Notes under the pieces: generated by a model
The model's input: only the letters and a program-made list of their open reading frames with translations
Told to the model about the DNA's origin: nothing
Database searches by the model: none
Assembly (NCBI RefSeq): GCF_011386835.1
Contig: NC_088794.1
Location: forward strand, 9,176,001 to 9,240,000
Direction: 5' to 3'
Source of the DNA: Chrysemys picta bellii
Taxonomy: Eukaryota
DNA: 64,000 bases
Made by a program: the position numbers and the translations under genes
Part shown: positions 23,800-36,378 of the stretch, in pieces
How positions within the stretch are numbered: the first letter of the stretch is position 1
How the letters are laid out: each line of letters opens with the position of its first letter

Positions 23800-23905
23800 A
23801 AAAAACGAGGAGTCCGGTGGCACCTTAAAGACTAACAGATGTATTTGGGCATAAGCTTTCGTGGGTAAATTGTGGACACAGACTAACATGGCTACTCTCT
23901 GATAC
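23800..23905 (-). mobile_element. Penelope-like terminal fragment (core incomplete)
   Basis: GGTGGCACCTTAAAGACTAACAGAT..GCATAAGCTTTCGTGGG, same family as 1741 and 6519. Confidence 0.6.
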
Positions 23906-25880
23906 TTGACACAATGTTCAGGTTACTCGCAGTCCCAAAGGACCAGTCACTTACCTCAGGTCAATTGCACCTTATATCTTCCCCCAAAGACACCACTTGT
24001 GGCCAATCCTGTAATTAACTAAAGTTTTATTAACTTAAAAAAGGAAACAAGAGAGTTATTCACAAAGTTAAAGCAGGAAACTTACACACACAGACGAGTT
24101 ACCGTCTTAGGTTCCAAAAAGTACATAAGAACATAAGAACGGCTGTACTGGGTCAGACCAAAGGTCCATCTAGTCCAGTATCCTGTCCACTTGATGTTCC
24201 ACTCCACAATGGTTTGTCTGGTGTCTATGGGCTTTCTTCTGTTGGGCAGGAGGTGACACCTCTCGTGGTAAACGAGTATTGCACACGTGGTAATGCTTGT
24301 CTCCTGACTGTGAGGGTTTCCAGTTTCATAGCAAACACTTTACTAGTTACAGAGCAAACACTTAACTGTCACCTTGTAACAGAGGCTACAGATATTATCA
24401 TTGAGATCAATGCCTGCAGCAACTCACAAGCATTTTAAAAAATCCAAACACAGAACATATTTCTATGATGCTAATATATATTTTAACAATGCTAACACAC
24501 AGGTGAACCAGTCTGGTTTCCAGCTATGCAGTTGTCAGTATTCAGGGAGGCCATGGGCATGAGCTGGCATCCTGTCTATTGGTGTCACAACACTGTTCTC
24601 ACAAGAGTTTATTGGCGAAAATCCCAGCAAAGTGAGAGCAGCGTTTGGGTCTTTGCTGGCAAAGCAAAGCTCTCCTACCATTGGAGAAGGGTTCAGAGAA
24701 GAGCTGCAGGAGCTAACTGAGGTCTGCAAAACCAGCTCTATAGTTAAGATTATATTTTTATTGGTAACTGTCGATAAATATCAGTTTCACCATCCGCCCA
24801 CACCCACAGATGAAAAACAATTTCCATTGTAATAATAAAAATGTGCAGCTAGGTAAGGCAAGAAACATGCTGCTTGAGAACTAGAGTTTGATTTAAGGCT
24901 CCATCCCTTGTCTATTTTGACATGTGACATTGCCTGTTAGTGTTTTAGTAAATATAAAGCTTTAACTTTTTTAATCTCGAAGTCTACCGTCATTAAATAT
25001 AATTATTGTCTGACATCTCCCCCCCCCACCTTGTTGGACCCCCTCTAATTTCCCACAACTGTGAAAAATTGAATGAATAAATATTGAAAAAATTGCTGCA
25101 AACCAAACCGATGTGATCCATCAACATTATTTAAAAAAATAAAATTCTGCCAAGCCTGCCAATAGCGAGCCACCAAAGGAGTTCAATGGGTTTAGTTTAT
25201 TCAAGAGAAGGTTAAGAGGTGACGTGACTGACATGGGGAGGGGATTGCTGAGAGCAGAGGGTTCTTTATCCTCCAATCTAGGCAGAGCACAATGCACTGG
25301 CTGGGAGCAGAAGGGAGACAAATGGAGGCGGGGAATTAGGGGACAGTGTTTAGCTGGGAGGAGAAGGAACCATTGGGAGAGCTCCTCTAGGGAGGAGGTG
25401 GGTTGTCCATCACTGGGAGTCTGTCGGTGGAGATGGGGCGTCTCTCTCTCAAAGCTCCGCTCTACCTCAGCCAGGAGTTACTGGGCCAGAGGCAGGAACC
25501 CTGGGGGAGATTCCTGGCCTGGGTTAGGCAGGAGCCTGACGCAGATGGGCACAATGCGCCCTTCTGGCCTTGAACTCCATGACTCTAAATCCAAGCTGTT
25601 ATAAATGACTGTGGGGGGGGGGGGGGGGCAGAGGTTGCCCACAGAATAAACCAGGAGTTTAAGAGGGAGTCTAGTCTCTCAGGTGTTGAGGGAGAAACTT
25701 CCAGTCCATGTGTCGAGGCTGCCATGAGATTTGGCCAGAAGAATAGCGGAAATATAGACAATAGGCTGAAAAGCTAGGATAGAGAAAAGGCCGGAAGGGT
25801 GGCAAGATAATTCTGGGGAGCTTTTGCCTAACACAGAGATGTCAAAGATGGCCCAGGGTCAGATCCTTCACTGGGGTAAA

Positions 25881-26003
25881 TAGGGTGACCAGATGTCCAG
25901 ATTTTATAGGGACAGTCCTGCTATTTGGGGATTTTTCTTATATAGGCTCCTATAACCCCCACCCCCTCTCCCGATTTTTCACACTTGTTGTCTGGTCACC
26001 CTA
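25881..26003. mobile_element. Short MITE
   Basis: TIRs TAGGGTGACCAGA / TCTGGTCACCCTA; no TSD recognised. Confidence 0.65.
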
Positions 26004-26112
26004 GCCCCCATTGACTCCAGTGGAATTGGGGCCAATTTACCCCAGTGGGGGACCTGCCCCATTTCTCACAAGGTATTTAGTGGCTCATGCAGCATCATGG
26101 CTGGGGTGGGAA

Positions 26113-26400
26113 GGGTTAAGCCCAGTGAATCCTGAGTCTGCCACTTCACAGAGCAGACAGCTGGGACGGGGACAGGATAACGGAGGGACCTTCCTGACAG
26201 CGCCCGGCCAGCACCTGGGTCCCCAGCCCGGTCTGGCCCGGGTGTGAGCAGCGGGGTCTGCGGGGATCGCCCCCGCCGGGCGGTGAGTGGGGGGTGCCGG
26301 GCTGCAGCGAGGGGCACCGGGGAGGGAGGGAGAGAAACAGCCGCGGAGGCAGGAAATCGCTGCCCGGGGGAAGCCGCTGCAGGGAGGAGGGGATCGGACT
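26113..26400 (+). promoter_or_regulatory. Shared promoter/leader-exon module, copy 4 (upstream of ZNF C); exon ~26185-26282
   Basis: GGGTTAA 26113, GGGACCTTCCTG 26185, donor GGCG|GTGAGT (GT 26283-26284), GGAGGCAGGAAATCGCTG...GGGATCGGA. Confidence 0.7.
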
Positions 26401-26721
26401 GGAGAGACCCCCGCTCCCCAGCCAGCTCCGGGGCGGTATGAGCTGGGAACAGGGCTGGGGCAATGGGGGTGGGGGAGCATTGGCAGAGCTGTGCCTGGGG
26501 GAAGCGCCGACAGACCCAGCCTGGCTACTGGCCCCTCTCTCCCCCACACCCCCACAGCGCCCCCTGCTGGTCTGTGCTCCCCTCCCCATTCCCTGCAGTC
26601 TCCCCTCTCACAGCCCACTCTCCCCAGTGGGTCCCAGGCCCTGGCCCCATGGTGACCCGTTCCGCTCTTCCCCAGGACGCGGTGCATGCGAGTGAAGGTT
26701 GAATGAGTGACCTCGGAGAAG

Positions 26722-26941
26722 ATGGCATCCCCTGGGGCATTATGGGAATCTCCTGGTTCCCAGCTGGACCAGCCACAGCTCCATCCTGAGTGTGTATCCC
26801 AGGAGGAGGAGGGAAAGGGAGAACTAGCAAGACCCCACTCTGAGCTGCTCTGTATCACCAAAGAGAAGCCCCAGCCTCTCGAGGAAACAGGACACCAACG
26901 TGAGCTTCTTTGTGACATAAAAGAGGAGCCCCTTGAAACGG
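26722..26941 (+). CDS. ZNF gene C, first coding exon (exon 26676-26941), no KRAB
   Basis: Acceptor CCCCAG|26676, ATG 26722 (MASPGALWES..DIKEEPLET), donor CGG|GTAAC; phase 1 joins 28224 in frame. Confidence 0.65.
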
Positions 26942-26981
26942 GTAACAAATCACTTCTCCATCCCCTGCCCTTACTGCATAA

Positions 26982-27710
26982 CTGTGCAGCGCCCGGCACG
27001 ACGGGGCCCTGATCTCAGTCGCTGTGTGTCTGTGCAGCGCCCGGCGCGACGGGGCCCTGATCTCAGTCGCTGTGTGTCTGTGCAGCGCCCGGCGCGACGG
27101 GGCCCTAATCTCAGTCGCTGTGTGTCTGTGCAGCGCCCGGCGCGACGGGGCCCTGATCTCAATCGCTGTGTGTCTGTGCAGCGCCCGGCGCGACGGGGCC
27201 CTGATCTCAGTCGCTGTGTGTCTGTGCAGCGCCCGGCGCGACGGGGCCCTGATCTCAGTCGCTGTGTGTCTGTGCAGCGCCCGGCGCGACGGGGCCCTGA
27301 TCTCAGTCGCTGTGTGTCTGTGCAGCGCCCGGCGCGACGGGGCCCTGATCTCAGTCGCTGTGTGTCTGTGCAGCGCCCGGCGCGACGGGGCCCTGATCTC
27401 AGTCGCTGTGTGTCTGTGCAGCGCCCGGCGCGACGGGGCCCTGATCTCAGTCGCTGTGTGTCTGTGCAGCGCCCGGCGCGACGGGGCCCTGATCTCAGTC
27501 GCTGTGTGTCTGTGCAGCGCCCGGCGCGACGGGGCCCTGATCTCAGTCGCTGTGTGTCTGTGCAGCGCCCGGCGCGACGGGGCCCTGATCTCAGTCGCTG
27601 TGTGTCTGTGCAGCGCCCGGCGCGACGGGGCCCTGATCTCAGTCGCTGTGTGTCTGTGCAGCGCCCGGCGCGACTGGGCCCTGATCTCAGTCACTGTGTG
27701 TCTGTGCAGC
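26982..27710. repeat. 48-bp CpG-rich minisatellite, 15 near-identical units, intronic in ZNF C
   Basis: Unit CTGTGCAGCGCCCGGCGCGACGGGGCCCTGATCTCAGTCGCTGTGTGT; exact 48-bp period from 26982 to 27702. Confidence 0.97.
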
Positions 27711-28223
27711 TATTGGCACGCTGATCTTGGTCCCGATGCCTCACCCACCCCACCGATCTGAATCACTCTGTGTCCATGCAGTGCCCAGCATCCCAATCTC
27801 ACTTCAGGGGGGGCCTGTGCACCACCCAGCATGACAGGGTCCCACTCTCCATCACTCTGTCTTGCAGGGCCCGGCCAAGCGGAGTCCTGCTCTTATTTGG
27901 CACATGTATCTATCCGTGTTATTTATCTGGCCTCACCAGTGCCGGGTCTGAGCACCTCACAATCATTTATGAGTTTAGCCGCACACAGCCTGTGAGGCCG
28001 GGAAGGATCAGACTAAAGGTGGGGAACTGAGGCCCAGAGAGGTTCACCCAGCATCACTCAGGAAGTCCGTTTCAGAGCAGGAAATTGAACCCAGATCTCC
28101 TGACTCCCGGTCCAGTGCCCTAAGCCCTGCACCATCCCCATTCATAGGTGCCCCTGCCGTAGATGTTCTAACAACAGACTGACTCAGGAATTGACTCTGA
28201 TCTGGATTGTCTCTTCATTCCAG

Positions 28224-29524
28224 CTGTTGACAGGACACTGAGCAAGGAAGATGCCAACACTGTAGGGACGTTCCATTCTGCCCACAGCTCCCTGTGCCCA
28301 TTCCCCCTCTGGGAGAACCTGGCAGACTCCACTGGCTGTGGGGACGAGGTACTCAGGGATCCCACTGCTAACCCCCGGCAGGACAAGAAGCCCTTCCGGT
28401 GCAACAAAGAAGAGGTGTTTGGGGATCCCACTTCTGCCCCTCCACTGGATGGGGTGCTTGGAGATCTCACCTCTGCCCCCCAGCCAGCCGAGAAGCCATT
28501 CCGGTGCAGCGAGTGCGACAAGACCTTTGGGCAGAGCTCCCACCTGCTGCAGCACCAGATCACACACACCGGGGACCGTCCCTACCAGTGCCCTGACTGC
28601 GGCAAGCGCTTCAGCTGGAGCTCAGCCCTGTGCCAGCACCAGCGCATTCACCGGGGGGAACGCCCCTACCAGTGCGCTGACTGCGGCAAGCGCTTCGCCC
28701 AGAGCTCCAACCTGACCACGCACCGGCGCACCCACACAGGTGAGAAGCCCTACCGCTGCCCACAGTGCGGCCGCGGTTTCAGCCAGAATGCCAACCTGCT
28801 GACCCACCAGCGGGTGCACGCAGGGGTCAAGCGCCACGAGTGCCCCCAGTGCGGACGGGTCTTCGTGGAGCGCTCGTCCCTGCTCAAGCACCAAGGTGTG
28901 CACTTGGCGGAGAAACCATACCAGTGCCCCGAGTGTGGGCGCAGCTTCACACAGGGCTCCACACTGGCCCAGCACCTCCGCATCCACACCGGTGAGAAAC
29001 CATACCAGTGCGGTGAGTGCGGGAAGTGCTTTGGGCAGAGCTCTGCCCTGGCCCAGCACCGCCGGGCCCACACAGGTGAGAGATCCTACCATTGCCACCA
29101 ATGCGGCAAGGCCTTCAGTCAGAGCTCCAACCTCATCACTCACCAGGCCTCACACACTGGTGAGCGGCCTTACAAGTGCCCGGACTGCGGGCGCGCCTTT
29201 GGGCGCAGCGCCCATCTGGTTACCCACCAGCGCACTCACACTGGGGAGCGACCCTACCACTGCCACCAATGCGGCAAGGGCTTCAGCCAGAGCTCCACCT
29301 ACATCCAGCACCAGACCACCCACACCGGTGAGCGCCCGTACAAGTGCCCGCAGTGTGGCAAGGCCTTTAGCCAGAACTCCAACCTGCTCACCCACCAGCG
29401 CATCCACACCGGTGAAAAACCTTACCGCTGCCACCAATGCGGCAAGAGCTTCCGGCAGAGCTCAGGCTATCTGCAGCACCAAAGGACCCACACAGCCTCG
29501 CAGCCCTCCACCACACCCACATAA
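28224..29524 (+). CDS. ZNF gene C, C2H2 zinc-finger exon (12 fingers); spliced CDS ~506 aa
   Basis: Acceptor TTCCAG|28224 in frame with ORF 28415-29524; 12 canonical fingers. Confidence 0.93.
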
Positions 29525-31715
29525 TGGTGCTCGCCGTGGGGACTATGGGTCTAACATCACACGCCTCCAATGTTTGTGATAACTCAGAGACATGATGGGA
29601 ATTACAAACCACAATACATTGCCCAGCCAACAGAGGGCAGCAGAGGAGTACACACAATTGGACACGCACCTGCCTCTCCTGCTTGGGCTAAAACAGCGAC
29701 ACGGTGGACTCATCGATGGATCTGGATGGTTTTCCATTTCATGGGAAATCCTGTGATTTTTTTGGGGGGGGGGGGAGGGGAGAAACATCCATTCCAAAAC
29801 AGAATGAAAAGAAACAAATTCAAAACTTCCCCTAAAACAAAATCCGTGGGAGGGAACATCTAGTGTTGACCAAAACAATTTGTTCTGGGTTAGAATTTTT
29901 CATTTTTTATTATATAACATAATATACCATTTAAAAATATATGTAAGACGCAATTTAAAAAATTGAAAGGCAACGTCATTTGGAAATGGGAAATCAAAAT
30001 GTTCCGCTAAAGGTCAAAGTATTTTGTTCCAGTTTTTTTCCTAAATGAAATTGATGCATTTCCACGCAATGAAATGGCAGTTTCTGAAGGAGATATATGC
30101 CATCAGAAAAGTTCCAACTGGCTCTTTTCAATAGAGGTTATACATTGCCCAGCCAACACAACCTGTGGTTGCACCCAGTCAGACATGCACCGGGAATGTC
30201 AAACAGATGTTCTTGTGCTGTATTTTCCCACAATCCACTTAGAATTCACTCCTCAACTAGATTCATCTCTCTCGATTTCTGAGGGGTCTTTAATCTCACA
30301 GACAAAAGCAGAAAGAGATCAGCTGGCTGGGAGCTTCCCCAGGCAGAATTGCATTGGGAGAGCAAAAACTTTTCATCCAATGGAAGGTTGAAAGGCTGGA
30401 ATCAAAACATTTGAACTATTCAGTCATTGAGTTTGGGTCACTAGTAACAGTCTATGTCTCGGAGATCTCAGCTTGCAGATGTAACAACACAAGGGGTATA
30501 GTCTGCTAAACCAGATTCCCATCTGGCATAAATCAGGTATAGTTCCAACAGAGTCAATGGGGCCAGATCCCTAGCTGGAGTAAGTTGGCCATAGCTCCAC
30601 TGGGGAGATTGTGCCAGGCTGCTTGGAGATTTGAACACTCACTGGGATGTGAAGGAGGCTGTAAGTTAGAGTCACATGTCCCTTATGTGTGTTGTGGATA
30701 ACACATTGGTTAACCTCTACCATGCTCTGAGCCATGGAGACTGTACTGAGATGACTGGCTGTCATGGAAATGTTGTATTCCTAATATTTGTACTTTTAAA
30801 ATTTGTTTTGTGAGGGTTGTTTTTTTCCTGGAACTTTCAAATAAATTGAAGGAAAAACTCAAAACAAAATACCAGTTTTTCCATAGCATTGGCATGGTTT
30901 GAGTCATCGTCATCAACTTCTCAACTCTGTAAAGTGCCCAGGGTCAAGGAATATTGACATGAAATCCCAAATCGCATGTTTTATTAACTAAAACACAGTG
31001 GTACAAACACACAAAGTTAGGTTCAAGTCCAATGAATTCCCATCTATGAACAATAACCCACATCTTCAATGGCTGAAAAGGTGGGGCTTATTGTTTGTCT
31101 TCAGATACAAGCTTGTGTTGTAGGTGGAGCTTGGGAAGGGCACCCCTGTTGCTCCAGTGGGCCCCCTGCTGTGGGTGTGACTGTTGCTATGGGACCCCAC
31201 ATGCCATGCTGACCCTAGCTTGGCCCGTGGGCAGAGTCCAGGAGCACATGCAGTGGCAGGAACCAGGGAAGAAGGCAGATGCAGCCACCCCAGCATGGTT
31301 GCCTGAGCCTTGAGCCTGGCCTACTTTCAGGGGCCCACACTGCCTGGAGGGCAATGAGTGGTGCTCAGCCCAGTAACCCACTGTGGTGCTAGGGGGCGCT
31401 GCAGAGAGTGGGATGGGCACTCAGTAGGGGACACTGTGCTGCAAGGAGCAGGTGGGGGGGCTCTATAGTGGGTATCATGCTACAAGGGCAGTGTCCTCTT
31501 GCCCTTTCCCAGTTCTGGGAATTCTCTGATTCCTATGGCCCCTCGGCAGTGCTATTTGGATGCAGGATTCATCTTCAGTGCCCGTCCCAAAGCTCCATCT
31601 GGCTGTGACACCCCCAGGGGCGAGGGACAGGAGAGAGACACCATTTTTCACTTCACTCTTTCCTTCTGTCACTTTTCCTTTGGTCTCACACTGAATTATT
31701 ACTAGATAATATTGA

Positions 31716-31838
31716 CAGGTTTCAGAGTAGCAGCCATGTTAGTCTGTATCCGCAAAAAGAACAAGAGTACTTGTGGCACCTTAGAGACTAACAAATTTGT
31801 TAGTCTCTAAGGTGCCACAAGTACTCCTGTTCTTTTTG
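31716..31838. mobile_element. Collapsed palindromic Penelope-like end (hammerhead part absent)
   Basis: Hairpin centred on GACTAACAAATTTGTTAGTC with AGTACTTGTGGCACCTTAGA arms. Confidence 0.6.
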
Positions 31839-32424
31839 TAGATAATATCGGTTTCCTTTTGCAGTTTTAGGTAATGGACCGATACAATCAATTTGTATTC
31901 TGGCCCAGGGACCCTCTATCCTTTGATGACTCAGGGGGGTCCTTCTACCAGTCCAATATCTGCATTATTGGCAGCCCAAGGCAAGCAATTATTTACATAC
32001 TGCTCTATAGCGGTTCTCATAGTTGGCCACCAGCTGCTGCTTGCAGCCTGCTGAGAGTGTTCTCCATGTCTAGATGTCCATTATTATGGACTAGGGTTAC
32101 CATTTCAGATCTTATTTCAGTTGAGACAACCCATGCTGTCAACATTTTCCCCATTTTGGTAGCTAAAATTAATCCTGTATTATGCAGCCAAATTTTCCAC
32201 CCTTGATATTCCCCTTTAGCTACAAGCCTTTTTATTGCTGGAACTTTTTTTCTGTAGGGATATTAGACCTATTTGGTCTGTCTTATCCCCTTCTACTACT
32301 GCTATTGGAGCTAACTGGAATTGCGGTTGCCACAACGTCCCCTCGTTAGCTCCTTCCTTAGCCTCCTCATCTGCACTGTTATTCCACTGAGCCTCGTCGT
32401 CTCTTTCTTATGACCCCCTTACCT

Positions 32425-33390
32425 TGGGGCACTCCGCTTGATACCGGCTGCCAACTAGACATGGAGCCATTGATCACTACCCGTTGAGCCCGACAATCTA
32501 GCCAGCTTTCTATCTACCTTACAGTCCATTCATCCAGCCCATACTTCTTTAGCTTGCTGGCAAGAATACTGTAGGAGACCGTATCAAAAGCTTTGTTAAA
32601 GTCAAGGAATAACACATCCACTGCTTTCCCCTCATCCACAGAGCCAGTTATCTCGTTATAGAAGGCAATTAGGTTAGTCAGGCACGACTTCCCCTTGGTG
32701 AATCCATGCTGACTGTTCCTGATCACTTTCCTCTCCTCTAAGTGCTTCAGAATTGATTCCTTGAGGACCTGCTCCATGATTTTTCCAGGGATTGAGGTGA
32801 GGCTGACTGGCCTGTAGTTCCCCGGATCCTCCTCCTCCTCTTTTTTAAAGATGAGCACTACATTAGCCTTTTTCCAGTCATCCGGGACCTCCCCCGATCG
32901 CCATGAGTTTTCAAAGATAATGGCCAATGGCTCTGCAATCACATCCGCCAACTCCTTTAGCAACCTCGGATGCAGCACATCCGGCCCCATGGACTTGTGC
33001 TCGTCCAGCTTTTCTAAATAGTCCCGAACCACTTCTTTCTCCACAGAGGGCTGGTCACCTTCTCCCCATATTGTGCTGCCCAGTGTGGTAGTTTGGGAGC
33101 TGATCTTGTTCGTGAAGACAGAAGCAAAAAAAGCATTGAGTACATTAGCTTTTTCCACATCCTCGGTCACTAGGTTGCCTCCCTCATTCAGTAAAGGGCC
33201 CACACTTTCCTTGACTTTCTTCTTGTTGCTAACATACCTGAAGAAACCCTTCTTGTTACTCTTAACATCTCTTGCCAGCTGCAACTCCAAGTGTGATTTG
33301 GCCTTCCTGATTTCACTCCTGCATGCCTGAGCAATATTTTTATATTCCTTCCTGGTCATTTGTCCAATCTTCCACTTCTTGTAAGCTTCT
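32425..33390 (-). mobile_element. CR1 internal ORF2 fragment
   Basis: ORF 32514-33359: KSMGPD..HPRLLKELA, NYRPVSLTS, QHGF..KSCLTNL, FLDFNKAFD; 3' end absent. Confidence 0.9.
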
Positions 33391-34480
33391 TTTTTGTGTT
33401 TTTTGTACTGATAGCAATCTTAAAATGTACGTTGAGTTTTACATATATAAAGCACAATTCACACACTCATACATCCTCTCACACACACACATTAATACTA
33501 TACTGTGCTATCCTCTAATTGTAACTAAGAGACTCACCTTATCTGCTGATTTTGCTGTGTTGACTGTGCTGCTGGTTGTTCAGGTTGCTTCACTCCGTTT
33601 GGCTCCGCTCGTTCAGGTCAGCTCTCCGCTGGAGCGCTTCATTCACTCCGCTCCGAACTGTTTTAATAGTCGTAACTCTCTGCATTTTATACTGTCCTGT
33701 CAGCTATCAGATCTTTACCGCGCAGGTTTATCGCTAGTTGCACCTTTTTGGCTTTCTACCAATTCTATTCCTCGCTCTCCCCCCGCTGAACTTTCAACCT
33801 TTTGGCCTATTTTCAGCAGTCAAGTACCATGTCAACTTCCGCTTCTAACGGTGGAGTGAATTTTGCCTATTCAAAATGGAAGCTAGGGACACAAAATGAA
33901 GTCCGGGAAATCTTTGTGGTATCATCTCTTACCCAATAACTCCTGACTGAGCTAGAGTGGGGCTTTGAGAAAGAGACACCCCATCTCCACTGACAGACTC
34001 CCAGTGATGGAAAATCCACCCCCTCCAATGGTGAATTCCCCTCTCTGGTAAACACTGGACCCTTATTCCCAGCCTGAACTTTTCTCCCTTCAGCTCCCAT
34101 CCTGTGGATTTTGCTCTGCCTTTGTCTGGGAATTAAACAGCCCTCTGCTCTCAGCAATCCCCTTCTCATTTAGGTGCTTACAGACCAGGATCACATCACC
34201 TCTTAACCTTCTCCTCCACTCTCTCACGACACAGCAGATTTTCCAGACCTCAAATCGTTCTTGTGGCTCTTTTAAACCATTAACCGTTTGTCACCATCCC
34301 ATTTACCTGCCAGTCAACTGCTCATTCAACACCCACACTCTGTGGACCCCCCCAAAGGTCCCCTCTCCTAATGCTGCACCCTCTGCCCTTCCTGGAGTGT
34401 TTGCATTTGGATGGATGTAGCAACACTGCAGTGAGAGCCAAGTTATGGATAGAGTCTCCCCAGCACTGACAAGCAAACCA

Positions 34481-34486
34481 TTTATT
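34481..34486 (-). terminator. Probable TACO1 polyadenylation signal
   Basis: AATAAA on minus strand ~740 nt after the TACO1 stop. Confidence 0.5.
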
Positions 34487-35227
34487 AAGCAATGTAAGGG
34501 AAAGGCCGCCCTCCCCAGACAGTACATTTGGAGGGTGGGGTGCGCTCCCTATTGCTCTCCTGCTGGGGGTGCTGAATAGGGGGTCACACAACAGGGAGGT
34601 GTTAAGTCCGTAGGTTGTCATCGCCTTGGCACAGTGTTACTCTTTATCCGCGGAGTATTCGGTGCTGTATGGGTGCAGAGGAAGCTCCCTCCACCCATCC
34701 CAGTGGGAGGGGGACATGCCAGAGCATCACGCAGGGAGGCCTTACTGCAGAAGGCCTGTTGGATCAGACTCAAGAGGGGAGCCGAGGCATACAGGTCACG
34801 AATCCCAGGGGACGAAGTTAGGAGCCATAAGATGCCTCAGAGAACACGCCCCATCCTCAGGAGCAAGGGCTTCTGCCCCAGAGAGTGCCGCCAGATTGCA
34901 CCCAGTGTTGGCACCTGGAGAGCTGCGATGGGGATGGTTCACCCTGGGAAGAAATCCCAAATTAAGCCCGATCTTGGGCCGAGCCCTAAACCACGTGGCG
35001 CTCAGGCGTCCAATCCCAGGGCAGGATGAGGCAGAGTCCTGAACTGGTTGCCCCATGGGCTCCTGATCCAAGGGACTAGGCCACACACCGGTTGCCGTCC
35101 ATACAGGAGGATCTCAAGTTGAGCTGCACCCATTGCCCACCAGATGGGCTGATCTTAGGCCAGGACTAGGCCAAGCCGGGACCGACGTGCCTTGTCACCA
35201 TCCATCTGCTACCCCCTGCGCTGGCCC

Positions 35228-35428
35228 CTACTCGATGTTGTCGTAGACCCGGATCACCTCCTGGCAGTCGCCCAGCATGGAGAGCAGCTGGGATGCCCGC
35301 TCCATCTCCTCATCGGTCAGCCGCACCCTGGCATTGGGGATGAACTCCAGGGCAGCGGAGAGCGACTGTAGCCCCTTCGAGTCCAGCTTCTGCCGCACCT
35401 GGTGCAGTGATGGCACCTCACACACAAA
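35228..35428 (-). CDS. TACO1: TACO1 coding exon 5 (FVCEVPSL..VYDNIE*)
   Basis: Acceptor CTCAG|35428, stop TAG; YebC/PmpR-family C-terminus D..EV..VYDN. Confidence 0.93.
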   Translation of the reverse strand, partial: FVCEVPSLHQVRQKLDSKGLQSLSAALEFIPNARVRLTDEEMERASQLLSMLGDCQEVIRVYDNIE

Positions 35429-36378
35429 CTGAGGGGAGAGGACAGGACAGGGGCTGTGAGGGGCTGCAAACCTGCCCACTGGCCCCCCGGGCCGCAGCAG
35501 AGCAGCGTGGGTGCCCGCTGAACAGACAGTGTGGGCCACGTCGCCCCCGCTGGGCCTGATCTGTAGAGCCTGCCTCTTCAGAGCCGGCCATCGCTAGTTC
35601 AATGCCTAGTGCTGGCTACCATCTAACTTGCCGTCTGACCCCCATTCACCCTGTCCCTGCACTGCGGTTCCAGGGGATTTAACCCCCCACCCCAGGAATA
35701 ATGGCAGCAAAGGCGGGCCCAGGCAGTCACTCTGGTGGGACAGGGAGTGCAGGACGAGCCCCCAGGTACATGCTACAGCAGCCTCGGGGCAGCTCTCACT
35801 TATACACAGTCCCCCTGGGGAAGCAGAGAATGGGACAGAGGGCAGCGAGCGATGCCCAGGCCAGCCAGGGAAGACCCTGAGGGGGGCTGTTTCCAACCTC
35901 CTTACGCTCCCATAGCATTCTCGAGGGTAACTGCAAAGCATACCCAGCCAATGCCTCCCACATATCCTGTGTATAATCCCCCTGAGCCAGGGGTACACCA
36001 GCCAGAACCCCACATCTCTCCCCTCCCCTGGGCCATAGCAATACCAGATCCCCACGATTCCTCCCCTTCCCCGGCCAGATCAGTGCCAGCCAGACCCTCA
36101 GGTATCTCTCCCATCACCTGAGCTGGATCAGAACCAGCCAGACCCCCACATATCTCCACACCTGTCCCCCGAACCAGATTAGCACCAGGTGGGCCCCGAT
36201 TGGTGCCTGAGCAATTACATCAACTGGCTGCCACCCCCCATTGGCTGATGGTATCTCCCGCTCCACAGTCCCACGTTCTCCCAGCAGCCCTCACTGCAGC
36301 AGCAGGAGGGCCCTGTGGCAAGGACCACAATGGACTTGCCACTATGTTAGCCAGGGAGCCCCTGTCACACATACCCAC

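Noticed and set aside
26982-27710. CRISPR-like regular repeat and long ORFs (26855-27694, 26933-27724, 27024-27761)
   Set aside because: Units are contiguous with no unique spacers, the context is vertebrate, and a 48-bp stop-free unit gives long ORFs trivially.
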